Of a stretch of 64,000 bases of DNA, positions 1-12,068 are shown piece after piece. Made by a program: the position numbers and the translations under genes. How positions within the stretch are numbered: the stretch's first letter is position 1; each line of letters starts with the position of its first letter. Source of the DNA: Schmidtea nova. Taxonomy: Eukaryota. The notes under the pieces are model-generated. The model was not told where the DNA came from. It was given only the letters and a program-made list of their open reading frames with translations, and searched no databases. Location of the stretch: assembly GCA_044892505.1 (NCBI GenBank), contig CM097882.1, forward strand, positions 461,528,001 through 461,592,000. Reading direction: 5' to 3'.

Positions 1-1261
1 TATAGGAAATTAAATTTTACTTATACTTTATCACAATGAAAAATACATAAAGTTACTCTATATTATTTTTATTTTATTTAATTATTGTAATTATTTCTCA
101 TTATTTTACTTTATTGTGCTGATTTCTATAATTACTTTTGGTTGCATCAGCTCAACATTATTTTGGTACGAATTTTTATCCTTGATCATGCTTTTCTTAT
201 TTTTATTAGATATGATTTTCACCGTTCAAATTTCATGTGGTCCTTCGTATGTAAATTTGATCTGAAATTGAATTGAGAGCTCTCTTTTGAGATGCCTCTT
301 TGTAATCGTTTTTCTATCTTGATCGAATTATGAAATGTGATTCCTCTGCCTAATTTTTTATCCCTTGTAACTCTCACAGTTTATAATTTTAATAAGTCAT
401 ATTTTATGATCTTCCGGTATTATGGTTTTACTTTCAACGCATTAAAACAATGAAAAATTTAACTTCTTTTAGACCAAAAATAATAAAAATTGATAACGAC
501 AACAGCTAATACCTCGAATATTGGAAGTATGTATAAACTATCAACTCCATTAGTCAAAAAGATTTGCTTAACTTTTGCTGAATAAGAGTTTCTAAAAAAT
601 GACAATCAAATGCATTTTTTCAAGACTAATTCGAAAGCCCGTCAAATTAGAGTCACATTTTTTAGAATTTACAAAATATTATATAAATGAATAAAAATTT
701 TCTCCTTTGATTTGCGAGTACGTCAAATTAAAAATGCATATTTTACAACCCCTTTCCCATATTTTAAAATAGTAAAAACAATAATTCTATGATAATTGCA
801 ATATTTTATTTATAAAATATCAGAATAAATCTACTGATAATTATCAGTAGTAGATTTAACACAGTAGTATTATTTAAAAATGTTCAATGAACCTTCCAAA
901 TTTATGCACCTTCTGTAACCATGTCCTTTTTATGTGAATTTTTATGCGAATTCAACAGCATTATTTTGAAAATTTATATTAAAATTGACTCACTAAATCC
1001 AAAAAATGCTTTATTGGGTAACATTTATACAACATAATTAACTTGTAAAACATTTAATAAAATCGACCAATAAAATCTTTCAAAATCATTATACACCACA
1101 AGAAATAAATCAGCCAATCAAATACGTCAAAACACAGATTTACAATGAAGAGTGACATTGAAATGTAATATAAAAACATTAATAAATTTTTAAAGTATTT
1201 ACAAAATTCACCGAAACAATTCAATTGAAACATTGACTAAATTCAACTAAAAAGCATCGAA

Positions 1262-1563
1262 TTAAAAAGAAGTAAGTTGAAACATTTCCGTATAAAGTTC
1301 TGGATAAGGCAATTCGGGCTTGTTTTTTTTCAATTTGTCAATTATTGTTTGATGTTCAATATTGAATTCTTGTAATTTTTCACCGAGCACTTTAAAAATT
1401 ATGTGCAATTTTTGACACCATTTATTTTCGGTACATTTCGAGATTTTAAACATAATTTGACTGATGAGATCATCAGGGCAATTTAATGCTTGCAAGAGCA
1501 CTGATATTTGAGGTAATGACGGGGTTTCTAACCCATCCGACAACGATTCACTATCCAAGTCAT
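1262..1563 (-). CDS. Nuclear receptor last coding exon: LBD end with AF-2 helix
   Basis: Acceptor ttattag|AT fits phase 1; ends PELYTEMFQLTSF-stop (AF-2 hydrophobic-x-E-hydrophobic motif). The four exons sum to 1155 nt, 385 codons including stop. Confidence 0.88.
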
Positions 1564-2039
1564 CTAATAATCAAATTTTGTAAAAATTATCTACTCACAA
1601 TTTATAAACAGAATTAATACATACTTATAATTGATATCCAAAATAATCGTACAACTTCTCTGTGTATTGTTCGAACGGCGTCAAAAGATTCCAAATTGAT
1701 ATAATCTAAATATTCAAAATTTTTTTAACTGATTTTTTTACTGTAGGTTACAGGTTTCCATGAAAACTGAATGGTTTTTAAGGTGGTCACTGTGTTAAAA
1801 AGGTCACCTATTATCATGAAAACCATATGGTTATTATGTTAACGAAAAAGTAGATTATTATAATGTTCAAAATGTAGGTAAGGTCGTTTTAAAATCATAA
1901 AGTAAGTAGACCAACTTAAATTTTACAAAAAATCAAGAAGTTTAACACAACCATGGTAAAATAAAAGTAGGTTAGATAAATTTGTATATAAAATTAAGTT
2001 AGATAAAATAGTAACTCTAAATAAAATTAAGAAGGTCAT

Positions 2040-2630
2040 GTTGTCATGAAAAATTTATGTATGCATATTTCCTTGCGGGCAGAATTTTCTTTGAAGAATC
2101 TGTATGTTGGTGTGTCTGAGGTTATTTTTATCCTCAGATCTAATAGTTCAAGTGATCCGTTTTCTTTAGGGCATTCAATCTCAAAATTTATGTCATTTCT
2201 TGCCGCATTCAAAATATTAAATATTTCTTCCGCTTACTTTTTGCTATGTGTCATGATAAAGATATCATCTACATATCGTGCGTATATACCAATGGTTTTA
2301 TGGTTATCAGTGTCTGTTGGTAGACTTTTCACTTGTTGGTATACTTTCTGTTCAAATATGAAGTAGGTGTTTGTGAGAATCACAGGGAGAAGTTCATTGA
2401 TGGCTTCTGTCTGCATCTCCCTCAAAAAAAGTTTGCATTCTCTTAACTTTCTTTATAAACAATCTATAGCATCTTTAGGGTAAATAGAAGTGTATAGGAA
2501 TACCACATCAAGGCTAAATGGATAATTGAATTTTGCATGTGTTTTTATCTGTTTTATTCAATTTTGACATAAGACAGTCACTGCTTTGAAGATGGTGCGA
2601 TACTTGGTCCAGCAGTGGTTTTAGAAGTAA
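2040..2630 (-). mobile_element. Penelope-like retroelement reverse transcriptase remnant (frameshifted)
   Basis: Fragments PFSLDVVFLYTSI, YFIFEQKVYQQVKSLP, YARYVDDIFI (RT YxDD motif) and INFEIECPKENGSLELLDLRI, typical of PLE RT; stops and deletions present. Confidence 0.75.
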
Positions 2631-3079
2631 AAAAAGAATTTGTGCATTTGTATCGCATTCGTATAAAAGACTTATTATAAAAAACACTAAATAAAAAAGA
2701 TTTATAAATACAAAAAAAAGTTTATAATTAAAGATTTATTATTTATCGACAATGGATGAAAAAAAGATTTTTCTCAGCTCTTTTTGAAGGATTCAGTTAT
2801 GATTTTTTGAGTCTGTTTATGCAGCATTCGCGTGGATATGCACAAACATTGATATAATTAACTATTGAAAGATTTTCGTCCTTAATATTCAAATTATCGA
2901 TCAATACCGTACTGAAATCGATACCAATTAATAATAATTCATAGTTATAATCATTCACCACGTAAAGGTATTAATGGATGAGACATGTGGATGTAATATC
3001 AAATAAATTTTATTTTAACAAAGTATTCGCAAATTAATAGATTGTCTGGTCATGGTCATTTTAAAACCCTCTGGTCATT

Positions 3080-3950
3080 TTAAAAACTCTTAAGATTTTT
3101 TGTGTCATATATAGTGTATTAGCAATACAAAAATATAATGAGATATAAAGCAATAGAAGCCGTGCTGGCAATTACACTAGTTTTCGTGAAAATATAAATT
3201 TTAACCAAATAAATGATTGTCCCATGAAATTATATTATATCCCCAAATTTGGGAAAAAGAACTCAGTCTTACCTATAAATGTATTATCATATAATTCCAC
3301 AATTATTCCTAATGATTGTGATGCTGAAGATAATGGTGAAAATGTTGCACATCACACCCACTTAGATATAATTCATTGGACTAAAATAACTAATGTTACT
3401 CATATATTTATTATTAATTAAAGATAATGAAAATTTTCATAATTTTGCAGTTATTGATTAACAAAAATTAATGAAATGCATAAAAATAATGTCATTAATG
3501 TATGAATTAAGTGTCATTGGTGTCCAAGATGCCATATTAGTTTCCGTAAACAGGACACTTTCGATAAAAAAAGTTCTATAGATAATTTAACTGACCTACT
3601 TAAATTAAATGATAGATCTCTTGATTTTTGTAAAATTTTAGTTGACCTACTTACGACCTTGATAAACATTTTCCGTTACCATAACAATCACATGATTATC
3701 TTTTTGTTTCATCTTAGATATTTTTTTAAAATTAATATCAATAATTCCCATAATTCTAGAAATACACACTTGATAAAAGCTGTGCCGAAATATTCTGTAA
3801 TTGTTTAAAAAATTTTGATCTAGTTTTACCATTATGGGAATTATTGATATTAATCGCATGATTGTCATGGAATCAGTAACCTACTTTTAAAAAATTTTTC
3901 CTTGGAACGGGGTTGAACTTTATCTGACCGGGGCTCATCCTATTACTGTA
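3080..3950 (+). mobile_element. Probable Polinton/Maverick relic (N-terminal region of protein-primed PolB plus terminal repeat)
   Basis: Degenerate translation CPMKLYYIPKFGKKNSVLPINVLSY...CHWCPRCHISF resembles the FPxxLxDIPKFExxNxxISINVFxY...FCxRCLxxF region of Polinton PolB. Ends in a motif shared with 7865-7903. Confidence 0.45.
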
Positions 3951-4630
3951 GATTTTCTAATATTTATTTTTATAATAAAATACATCATGTATGACATTAT
4001 TTATCTCATAATGAAATCTAGTAGCATGGACTTGATCTCAAATCTAGCTATAAATCCACGACTAATTCATGCAACATAATGAAACATATAAATACTCATA
4101 TAAAATACTCAAATTTTGATGCATGAACACACAAGCCCTCATATCATATAACAAACCCTGTAAAAATTGAACGAGCTTAACCATGAAATGTTATCTCGTC
4201 CACATAACTAACCTCACCTCTCACCTATAGATTATCATTTTTATTAAGAATCGGATACTTCTAGATACGAAAACTATTTGGTAACAATGCCAGTCCAAAA
4301 CAAGCCCAGGATGAGTTCTTCGACTCCGTACTCCGGATTTTTATCAATGTGAAATTTCTAAACTAGTTTCACGTTGGGGAAAATGTATTCAATTCAAGGG
4401 AGATTATTTTGATTAAATGAATTGGTTTTATTTTCCATTTCGTAAAACGCTCATTATTTTTTGAACAACCTAGTATATATTAAAAATGCATAAAAATGAA
4501 TGTTTATTGCAACTTAATTTATTTTTATTAATTTTTATTTATGACAATTAGCTTTTTTTTTAATAGTGGAAGGCCAGAGTAAAGAACCCAATTTTTTGAA
4601 ATGTAAAAGAAATGATAAATTTTCACTTAC

Positions 4631-5042
4631 TTTTAGACAATTCTATAATACAAAGAAGTCCGATCTGAACTTTAGTGATATTCAATTTATGAATAATTCT
4701 GCTTATTTCCATAACATGTGCTAAAATCTTTTTCATTTCAGGAAAATAGAACAAAATAACTTCGTATTCATCTTTGGAAAAGTCAAAATAGTTGAAAAAT
4801 TCCTCTTTTTCATCTTGATATGAACGAGCCAAATTGAGCAACATAATCGAATACATAGCATCCTGGACCATTGTACGTTTGTCAGATAGTGATAGGTTAT
4901 TGAAACCGGGAACCTTTTTTGCAAAATACACCAAAATACACGTATGAACGTCAAAATGTCGCATCATACTGTTCCAAACTTCAAGAAGAGATTGATTTTG
5001 GTGAACTGGGCAGCGAGTCATGTGGAATAACTTTTCTGCTTC
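4631..5042 (-). CDS. Nuclear receptor exon: ligand-binding domain core
   Basis: VYFAKKVPGFNNLSLSDKRTMV matches the NR LBD signature (F/W)AKxxPxFxxLxxxDQxxLL. Acceptor tttaag|GAA is phase 0; donor A|gtaagt is phase 1. Confidence 0.93.
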
Positions 5043-6539
5043 CTTAAATCAAAATTTAGTTTAACTACTCAAATTGTTGTAAAACAAATAATATATACTA
5101 GCTCTAACCCAAAAAACGACGAATGTTTGTTTAAATATCAATTAAAATACATAATTCTCTAATGCATTTAAAATCAATTTTTCTTCTTTTATTTATTTAA
5201 TTCATATTCAACATATCCTAATGACAATGTTAATGTTGAATACAAAGAGTCTGTATGAAAAGTGTTTTTTACTTCAAGAGATCGGAGCACCATTTTCCAG
5301 CCTTACAGACATAAACTGGAATTTTTCATAGATTGTTTTTATAAAATCTTAATATTACTTATAATTATTATTATAAGTAATATTTAAATTTTATTATAAT
5401 CCGTTGATAATCATACATACTTACAGAGTCACTCACCGTATATTTGCGGATATAAGACGTAGAACAAATTAGATAATTGTTTTAGAATTACAGGCTATTC
5501 AAATAAAACACGCATGGTCAATATCATATATCAGCATGGAAATTACATTATGGCGTGATCTCAAATCTAGCCATAAATCCATTACTAATTTATGCAACAT
5601 TGTGAAACAATAACGACACATAAGTATCGTTCCCAAATTGAAGATACGCATAATGCTTAACAGTTATGTGTCCTATTGGACAGGCAAAAAATATTTCAGT
5701 ATCAATGAGATTACCACGTGGATTAAGGATGAATTATGGCGGTCATAATCTGGTAACAAAGGAACGAATGAGACGAAAAGAACACATAAGTCAATTTAAT
5801 CTCTTTTTCTTTGATTTCCGTTCTGAGAACCTATAACCAATCGCAAATGAAACAATTTTCTTAGTTTTAAAAGGATAAATTTCATGTTTAGAATTAAGCC
5901 CGAGCTGACGATCAATAAACTGGTGATTCATCTCAATCCTGGCATTAAAGTCAATAAATAAGCGTGTTACATCTAAAAACTGAAAAGCAACAAAATAAAT
6001 AAAACTTATTTTTAATAATGATGCCATGATATTAGAATATGCAAGTGTAAATGTCTTCAAGGTCAGAATCATAGTTGGATTAGGAAAACAACTGTCCAGC
6101 TTGTTCTTGAGTAACCGTGTCAACATACATTTCATCAAGATCTTTGTCCACTATGCTTTCTTGTATTCGAGTTGAATCCTACAAAAGGAGTTCAGCCTCG
6201 AAGTATATATTAATACAATTTTGTTGACAAATTATTATTTATCTTAATTTTTCTTTTGCTATTGTCACTGGTATAAGTAACAGGCTTTTTTAGAAAATAA
6301 TTTATAGTAAAAAACGCGTCTTTACCTGAAAATATACGAAAAATGAAAATACTAACTTCTGTAAAACTTATTTAAAACTTTCGCTGCTGTTAGGATTTTG
6401 ATAACTTTCCCGGGGAGCTGAAGGATATTTTGTTTGTTGTTACGTAACAGTAGCTTTTTAATAGAAAGTGGGGTTTGGGAAATATTGAGAAATGAATATA
6501 AACTAATTATACAACTTTATTTTATACAACTTACTAGAT

Positions 6540-6908
6540 CAGGGCTTCTTAAACTATGGGCCGCGATCCCAAACGGGGTCGCTTATCAAAATCCTGGAGT
6601 CGCGAGATTTAAATATAAAATATTTAAATGCATGAATTTAAAATAAAATTTAAATGTTTTATTACCAAAAACTGAAATTTTCATGAAAAATTCAGCATAT
6701 AATTTTTTTAACTATAATAAATACAATTTAACAACTTTTTGTTCAATTTTCAATTTTCAATGTTTATATGTTTCTAAACAAATCCTAAACCTAATCAATA
6801 AATCATCATAAAATATTTATATATCTTTATTTTATATTTACATTGGGTCACCAAAATAATCCACAATCATAGATGGGGTCGTGAATGAAAATAGTTTAAG
6901 AAGCCCTG
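6540..6908. mobile_element. hAT (Buster/Charlie-type) MITE, 369 bp
   Basis: Perfect 18-bp TIR CAGGGCTTCTTAAACTAT; 8-bp TSD TACTAGAT/TATTAGAT. Confidence 0.9.
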
Positions 6909-7054
6909 TATTAGATCATGCTCAAAATTCATCCCACCAACTAAAAAATTAAATAAAATAATTTTAAAATGAAAAGATATTTGCTTTAATAAAAAACACT
7001 TAGTTGCATTAAAAAATATAAGAAAACTTAGTATTTTATTAATTTCAAAAGAGA

Positions 7055-7342
7055 TTATATATTTATATTTTTAAATCTATCCATCCACATAAATTCTAAC
7101 AAAAAATCATCATGTTTTAGTTTCGTTACACCTTTCAACTCTTTGATTCTAAGCTTTAGTTTAGAATTGAAACTCTCAACATCTCCAGAATCTTTGCTCT
7201 TCTTAAGTTTCATTATTGAATTGCAATGTAAACAATTTAGTTCATTAACAAGTATTGAATTATCGAACAACCAATGCAGCATTGATTCATCAGAGCTTGA
7301 TGCAAGAAATGTTAAAATTTCTTCGTTAGTTTGAGGATGCAT
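7055..7342 (-). mobile_element. Merlin (IS1016/ISXO2-like) transposase deletion remnant
   Basis: N-terminal WLFDNSIL...CLHCNSIMKL fused directly to C-terminal VESFNSKLKLRIKELKGV...DDFLLEFMWMDRF; catalytic middle absent. Confidence 0.7.
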
Positions 7343-7489
7343 TAAGGGTTATTAAAATTTTATAATATATTTTTCAAAACATATCTTGTTAAAATATCCC
7401 CCAGTGATCCAATTTATGGATCATGCTCAAAATATTTCAAAAAATACCATGTTAAAAATACCACCCAACTAACATTATCCAACTTATTT

Positions 7490-7903
7490 TCTGACATTTG
7501 ACCCCTATTACTTAAAAAGTAATATAATGTTACATAATAATTGAACTCGTTACATCCTATTTGACCATAATTACGTCAAATTTGAACCCGTTTACTTTAC
7601 ATTTGACCAGTTTATATCATATTTGACGCAATTATACCATATTTGACCCTCGTTATGTAATACTTTACCCTGATTACGCCTCATTTGGCCGGTGACTTCG
7701 TTTTTGCGTAATCTTTGACCTCTGTCCTATTACATCATCTGTGTCAATTATGATTTAATCGGACAAACATGATGTACTTTGGGTCAAATATTGTGTAACG
7801 ATGTAGATTATTATGCAATATTGTGCAACTTATTATGAAATAAAGGTCAGAGGTCAATTATAACCCTGGGGTACTTTATCTGACGGGGACACATCTTACT
7901 ACT
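7490..7903. repeat. Terminal-repeat-like segment with recurring TTTGACC motifs, ending in ACTACT (Polinton-like terminus)
   Basis: Several ATTTGACC-like motifs about 20-25 bp apart; 3' end GGGGTACTTTATCTGACGGGGACACATCTTACTACT resembles 3909-3947. Confidence 0.45.
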
Positions 7904-8257
7904 AATATTCTGAGAAACTGAAAACCTTATTTCTCTTTTAAGGTCAACAGTGATACGAAAAGTAGAATAAAAATTTGATTGTAGCCAAACGCTAATACAA
8001 TTTGCAGCCCAAATCGTGGCTCTCAAATATTTAAGATTATCGGCACTTGTCGAAATAAACTCTGAACTCTTCTGGTATAAGATAAGGCTCTACAAATCAT
8101 AACACTGGACGCTAACTTATAATTTATTTCATACAAACTTTAAGGGATTCCGTATGTTCTCAATCGACAATACAACGTGCTTAAGAGTCAACATCTAACG
8201 TTTTCCAGCTTAGTGAAAATGAAACCCCTCGTGATTATAAGTGAATATCAGCTAGAG

Positions 8258-8415
8258 CTGCGGTTCTCAAACTTTTTAAAATTTCCTGCGAGGGGTCTCT
8301 TTAAAAATTGTTTGATAGCTCGCGGACTACTTTAATAAAAAAAGAAGTGTAGTGAATAAGAAATCGTTTTTTGCGGTTCCCTAGGAGACCGTTGACCCCA
8401 CTTCGAGAGCTGCTG
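8258..8415. mobile_element. Small degenerate hAT/Charlie-like MITE
   Basis: Ends CTGCGGTTCTCAAAC / CTTCGAGAGCTGCTG; TSD AGCTAGAG/AGCTAAAG. Confidence 0.6.
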
Positions 8416-10023
8416 AGCTAAAGTGTTCTACAGGCACATGGGAATCGAGAACCTTTACAGAACTATCAGTGAAACTATTAACTATCTTATTTTTGTCCAA
8501 AATTGATCAATATTCGATAAAGACAGAGTCGACAATTTATGGTTAGATTTAAATTATCAATTTGATGCGATCAAACAAAAAACATTACAAAATTATTATT
8601 AACATCCTTATATTTGGTAACCTTTGATCTCTTTTTCGTTATCTGATATTTTGATTTTGTTTTAAGACTCGATCAAATTATTTTCAATTGAAACACAAAT
8701 TTTGGTCTAAAAATGAAAATATCAGAAAGGGAGAAATAAAAAAATGATTGAATTTTGAAATAAAAACATTAAGGAGTCCCTCTCATTTCATTTTATGGGG
8801 ATAAATTCAGAAAAATACATGCGTAGCGAAGAAAGCACTTGAAACTTTTTCGATCAAAATATTTTTAAAAATATTTTAAAAATATTTTTATATTACTAAA
8901 TATATTTTTATTTCCGAGGAAAATTTGAATAAATTGAAATAAAAGAAGATCCACTATTATAAAGACTGAAGAGAAGGAAAAAAGCATCTAATTGATACAA
9001 TTAAGGAAATCCTGGAGGAAAAATAAATTCTCGCATTAGTTTTATTATTTTAACAAATTTCAAATAAAATAAAATAATTAGTTCAAAATTTTACAGGGAA
9101 AATCTCAAAATCATTAATAAGTTTTCAATATACATAACAAACAGAGAATTTAAGTTCTGTTTACCATGGCAAGTACTGAAGAGATGTTATTGAATGTCCT
9201 ATTTATGCAATTTCCAAATTGAATCTGCCATAAGAAGACAATTTTTCATGCCTATCTATTTATAAGCATAGACATGTTGAATAGTTGTCCTGCGGTTTTA
9301 ACTGCTTGTCAGAAATTTGTATGTTTTGCATGCATCGAGTACTAAACTCATTTTTCTACTTATAACAGATTGATTTGAGAAATTGTGTTTTCTTTGAGTA
9401 AATATTAACTTTTGAATGGAAAATTAGCGTCTAAATTTGTGAATTTTAGTGTATGTGTGTGTCAGTGTATAAATGTAGGTCAGTCTACACAATTTTAAAA
9501 AGGTTTTTTCCAGCTCTGACAAAATTTTAAAATGTATGTAAAATATGTATTAATGTAGGTTAAAATTGTGTTTGTGTGGTATTATTGTTAAATCTTTTAA
9601 ATTTTAAAAATTTATGAGCGGTCAACTGTCAGTCGTATATCTCATTCGATACGCACTTGAAACAGAAAAGAATTTCATATTCAAAAGAAATTAAGTTCAA
9701 ATGTTTTCAAAAAACACGTTTTTAACTCTGATCTCGACTATTCATACAACAGAAAGACGAGAATTGTCAACAGAATTTAATAAATCATTCGTTGAAATTG
9801 ATAACTCTAAGAACATCGGTGCAAGGGATGCTTTTTGTCAGATTACAACAGAAAAAAGCCTACATTGATACAAAACATTATTCTTTTATATACTTGATAT
9901 ATCTCTGTCTGACGCGCTTATATTGTATATAAGCATCTCTCCGAAAAAAGGTATTCCATTTCTAACATTATATATAAAAGACAAGAATAGATAAATAAAT
10001 TAAATTCCAAAAGAAATTCTTAC

Positions 10024-10319
10024 TAAAATGGGTTTTTGCAGTATTTCGACTGCTTCAATTATTTTTACGAAAAATGCCTGTGAATGACCATCAGAATACA
10101 GTGAAAAGCTCATCGATAACTCAGATGTCGCTGGAGTTGACGGAATACTGTTGCTTATTGGTCTCTGGCTTTCCTCGGTGTTTGATTCAGAAATACTAGA
10201 TTCGATCTCGTGATATGGAACATCCAGAGCAAGCGGTGAAGAATCTCTTTTCTGATAATGAATAATTTCAAGAGCACAATGATGCTTCACAGCATTTGGT
10301 TGTCGGCCGATGCGACTAC
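10024..10319 (-). CDS. Nuclear receptor exon: C-terminal extension (SRIGRQPNAVK) and hinge
   Basis: Acceptor ggcag|GT completes the phase-1 Gly codon, giving GMSKI-G-SRIGRQPNAVKHHCALEI. Donor TTA|gtaaga is phase 0. Confidence 0.9.
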
Positions 10320-11005
10320 CTGCCAACGATAATGACTTTATAATATTTTATCAAAACAATTATATTATTATTATTATTATTATTATTGGTCGCGCCCGCT
10401 TTGTAAAATATTAAAAAAGTAATTAAATAAAAATAAAATAGTAAAAGGCGGGGCTTGATGCTGTGAGAGATTGTGGAGCGAGCCTGGAAGTCTGAAACGG
10501 GTAAACGGTATTATCGAAATCTATATAAATCGTATATGATATGGCATGTGCACCACTACATGGGCGATGCAATTGACATTCATTCTTCTATTAAATCTGT
10601 GATACATTCACTCGTCGGATCAGTTGTAATCAATGTTGTTGAAGGATCGGCACTTGGCGCATTATACAGAATGGATAATTATCTTCACAGCAGACCATGT
10701 GTTTTCAAATCACTATTTCATCAGCATCCCAACTCTCGGACTATAGACTTAATCGATTCACCTATTCCTTTAAGTGCTCATCATTTGTCTGCTGAATTAT
10801 ATTACAATTTCCACAGTGCACCATAACCCCACAGTGGACGGAGAGGATATCAAGACTAATTCCAATTGTGATTTTTTTTTGAGTGGTAAATTGGAATTTA
10901 AAATTGGTATTTTTGCTGAATAATTTTGTAATAATTGAATTGGATTTGGTAATCTTACTTGAAAATAAATGGATAAAAGCTTCTTGCTAAATTGATATAA
11001 TACTA

Positions 11006-11617
11006 GAAGGTCGCTTATATCCGGGTGAATATGCAATGGAAGACGATGAAACAATTTTCTCTGAGAAGATTTACAAAATCGACGATGATATTTCATGTGC
11101 AGTGGCTGGGATTACATCGGAGGCTAACCTTTTATTGGATCAAATGCGACTGAATGCTCAACATCATTTGCTAACTTTGCAAGAACCAATTCCAGTTGAT
11201 CAATTGGTAACGCAGATTTGTGTCTTAATGCACACCTGCACAATGTATGGCGGCCGACGGCCTTATGGAGTCTCTATGCTCTTTATTGGATGGGATAAAG
11301 AATACGGCTATCAGTTGTTCCAGTCAGATCCATCTGGTAATTTTGTCGGGTGGAAGGCCACTTGCATTTGTTCGAATTCGGCTGTGGCTTCCTCCATGCT
11401 AGAACAGGAATACGATATCGATGAAACAGAGTGCATTTTAGCGAATCTCATATTTGAGCTTGATAACAATCAGCAGCTGATTGATGCGTTCCGCCAGGAG
11501 GTAAATGATGCTGCTGTTGATGAATGTGAAAGTGAAACAGTTCCCGTTAATGGGGTAGAGGAGAACATTTGTTTGTCTTCGGATGAGGAGGAAGACATTG
11601 GTGGCGATTCCCATTAG
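11006..11617 (+). pseudogene. PSMA4: Proteasome alpha-3 (PSMA4-like) fragment fused in frame to an unrelated acidic sequence
   Basis: [12 protein letters not shown] then [28 protein letters not shown]...[41 protein letters not shown]...MLEQEY matches PSMA4. Lacks the N-terminus, about 30 internal codons and the C-terminus; no intron in the fragment; antisense within the NR intron. Confidence 0.85.
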
Positions 11618-11768
11618 ACTTCGTCTGCGTCCTCGTTGGTGTACACGGATGATGATAACGATGATGGCACTGACAGAATCAGGAAAACGCGGAGCAGTGA
11701 CAATCGGGGGAAAGCAGTTAATGGATTGCTGAATGATGATGATGACAATGATTCAGACGTCGAGAAAA

Positions 11769-12068
11769 NNNNNNNNNNNNNNNNNNNNNNNNNNNNNNNN
11801 NNNNNNNNNNNNNNNNNNNNNNNNNNNNNNNNNNNNNNNNNNNNNNNNNNNNNNNNNNNNNNNNNNNNNNNNNNNNNNNNNNNNNNNNNNNNNNNNNNNN
11901 NNNNNNNNNNNNNNNNNNNNNNNNNNNNNNNNNNNNNNNNNNNNNNNNNNNNNNNNNNNNNNNNNNNNNNNNNNNNNNNNNNNNNNNNNNNNNNNNNNNN
12001 NNNNNNNNNNNNNNNNNNNNNNNNNNNNNNNNNNNNNNNNNNNNNNNNNNNNNNNNNNNNNNNNNNNN
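11769..12068. other. Assembly gap (300 N)
   Basis: Run of N. Confidence 1.

Noticed and set aside
5791-6138. ORF as Polinton packaging ATPase or host exon
   Set aside because: No Walker motifs or convincing homology visible; left unassigned.
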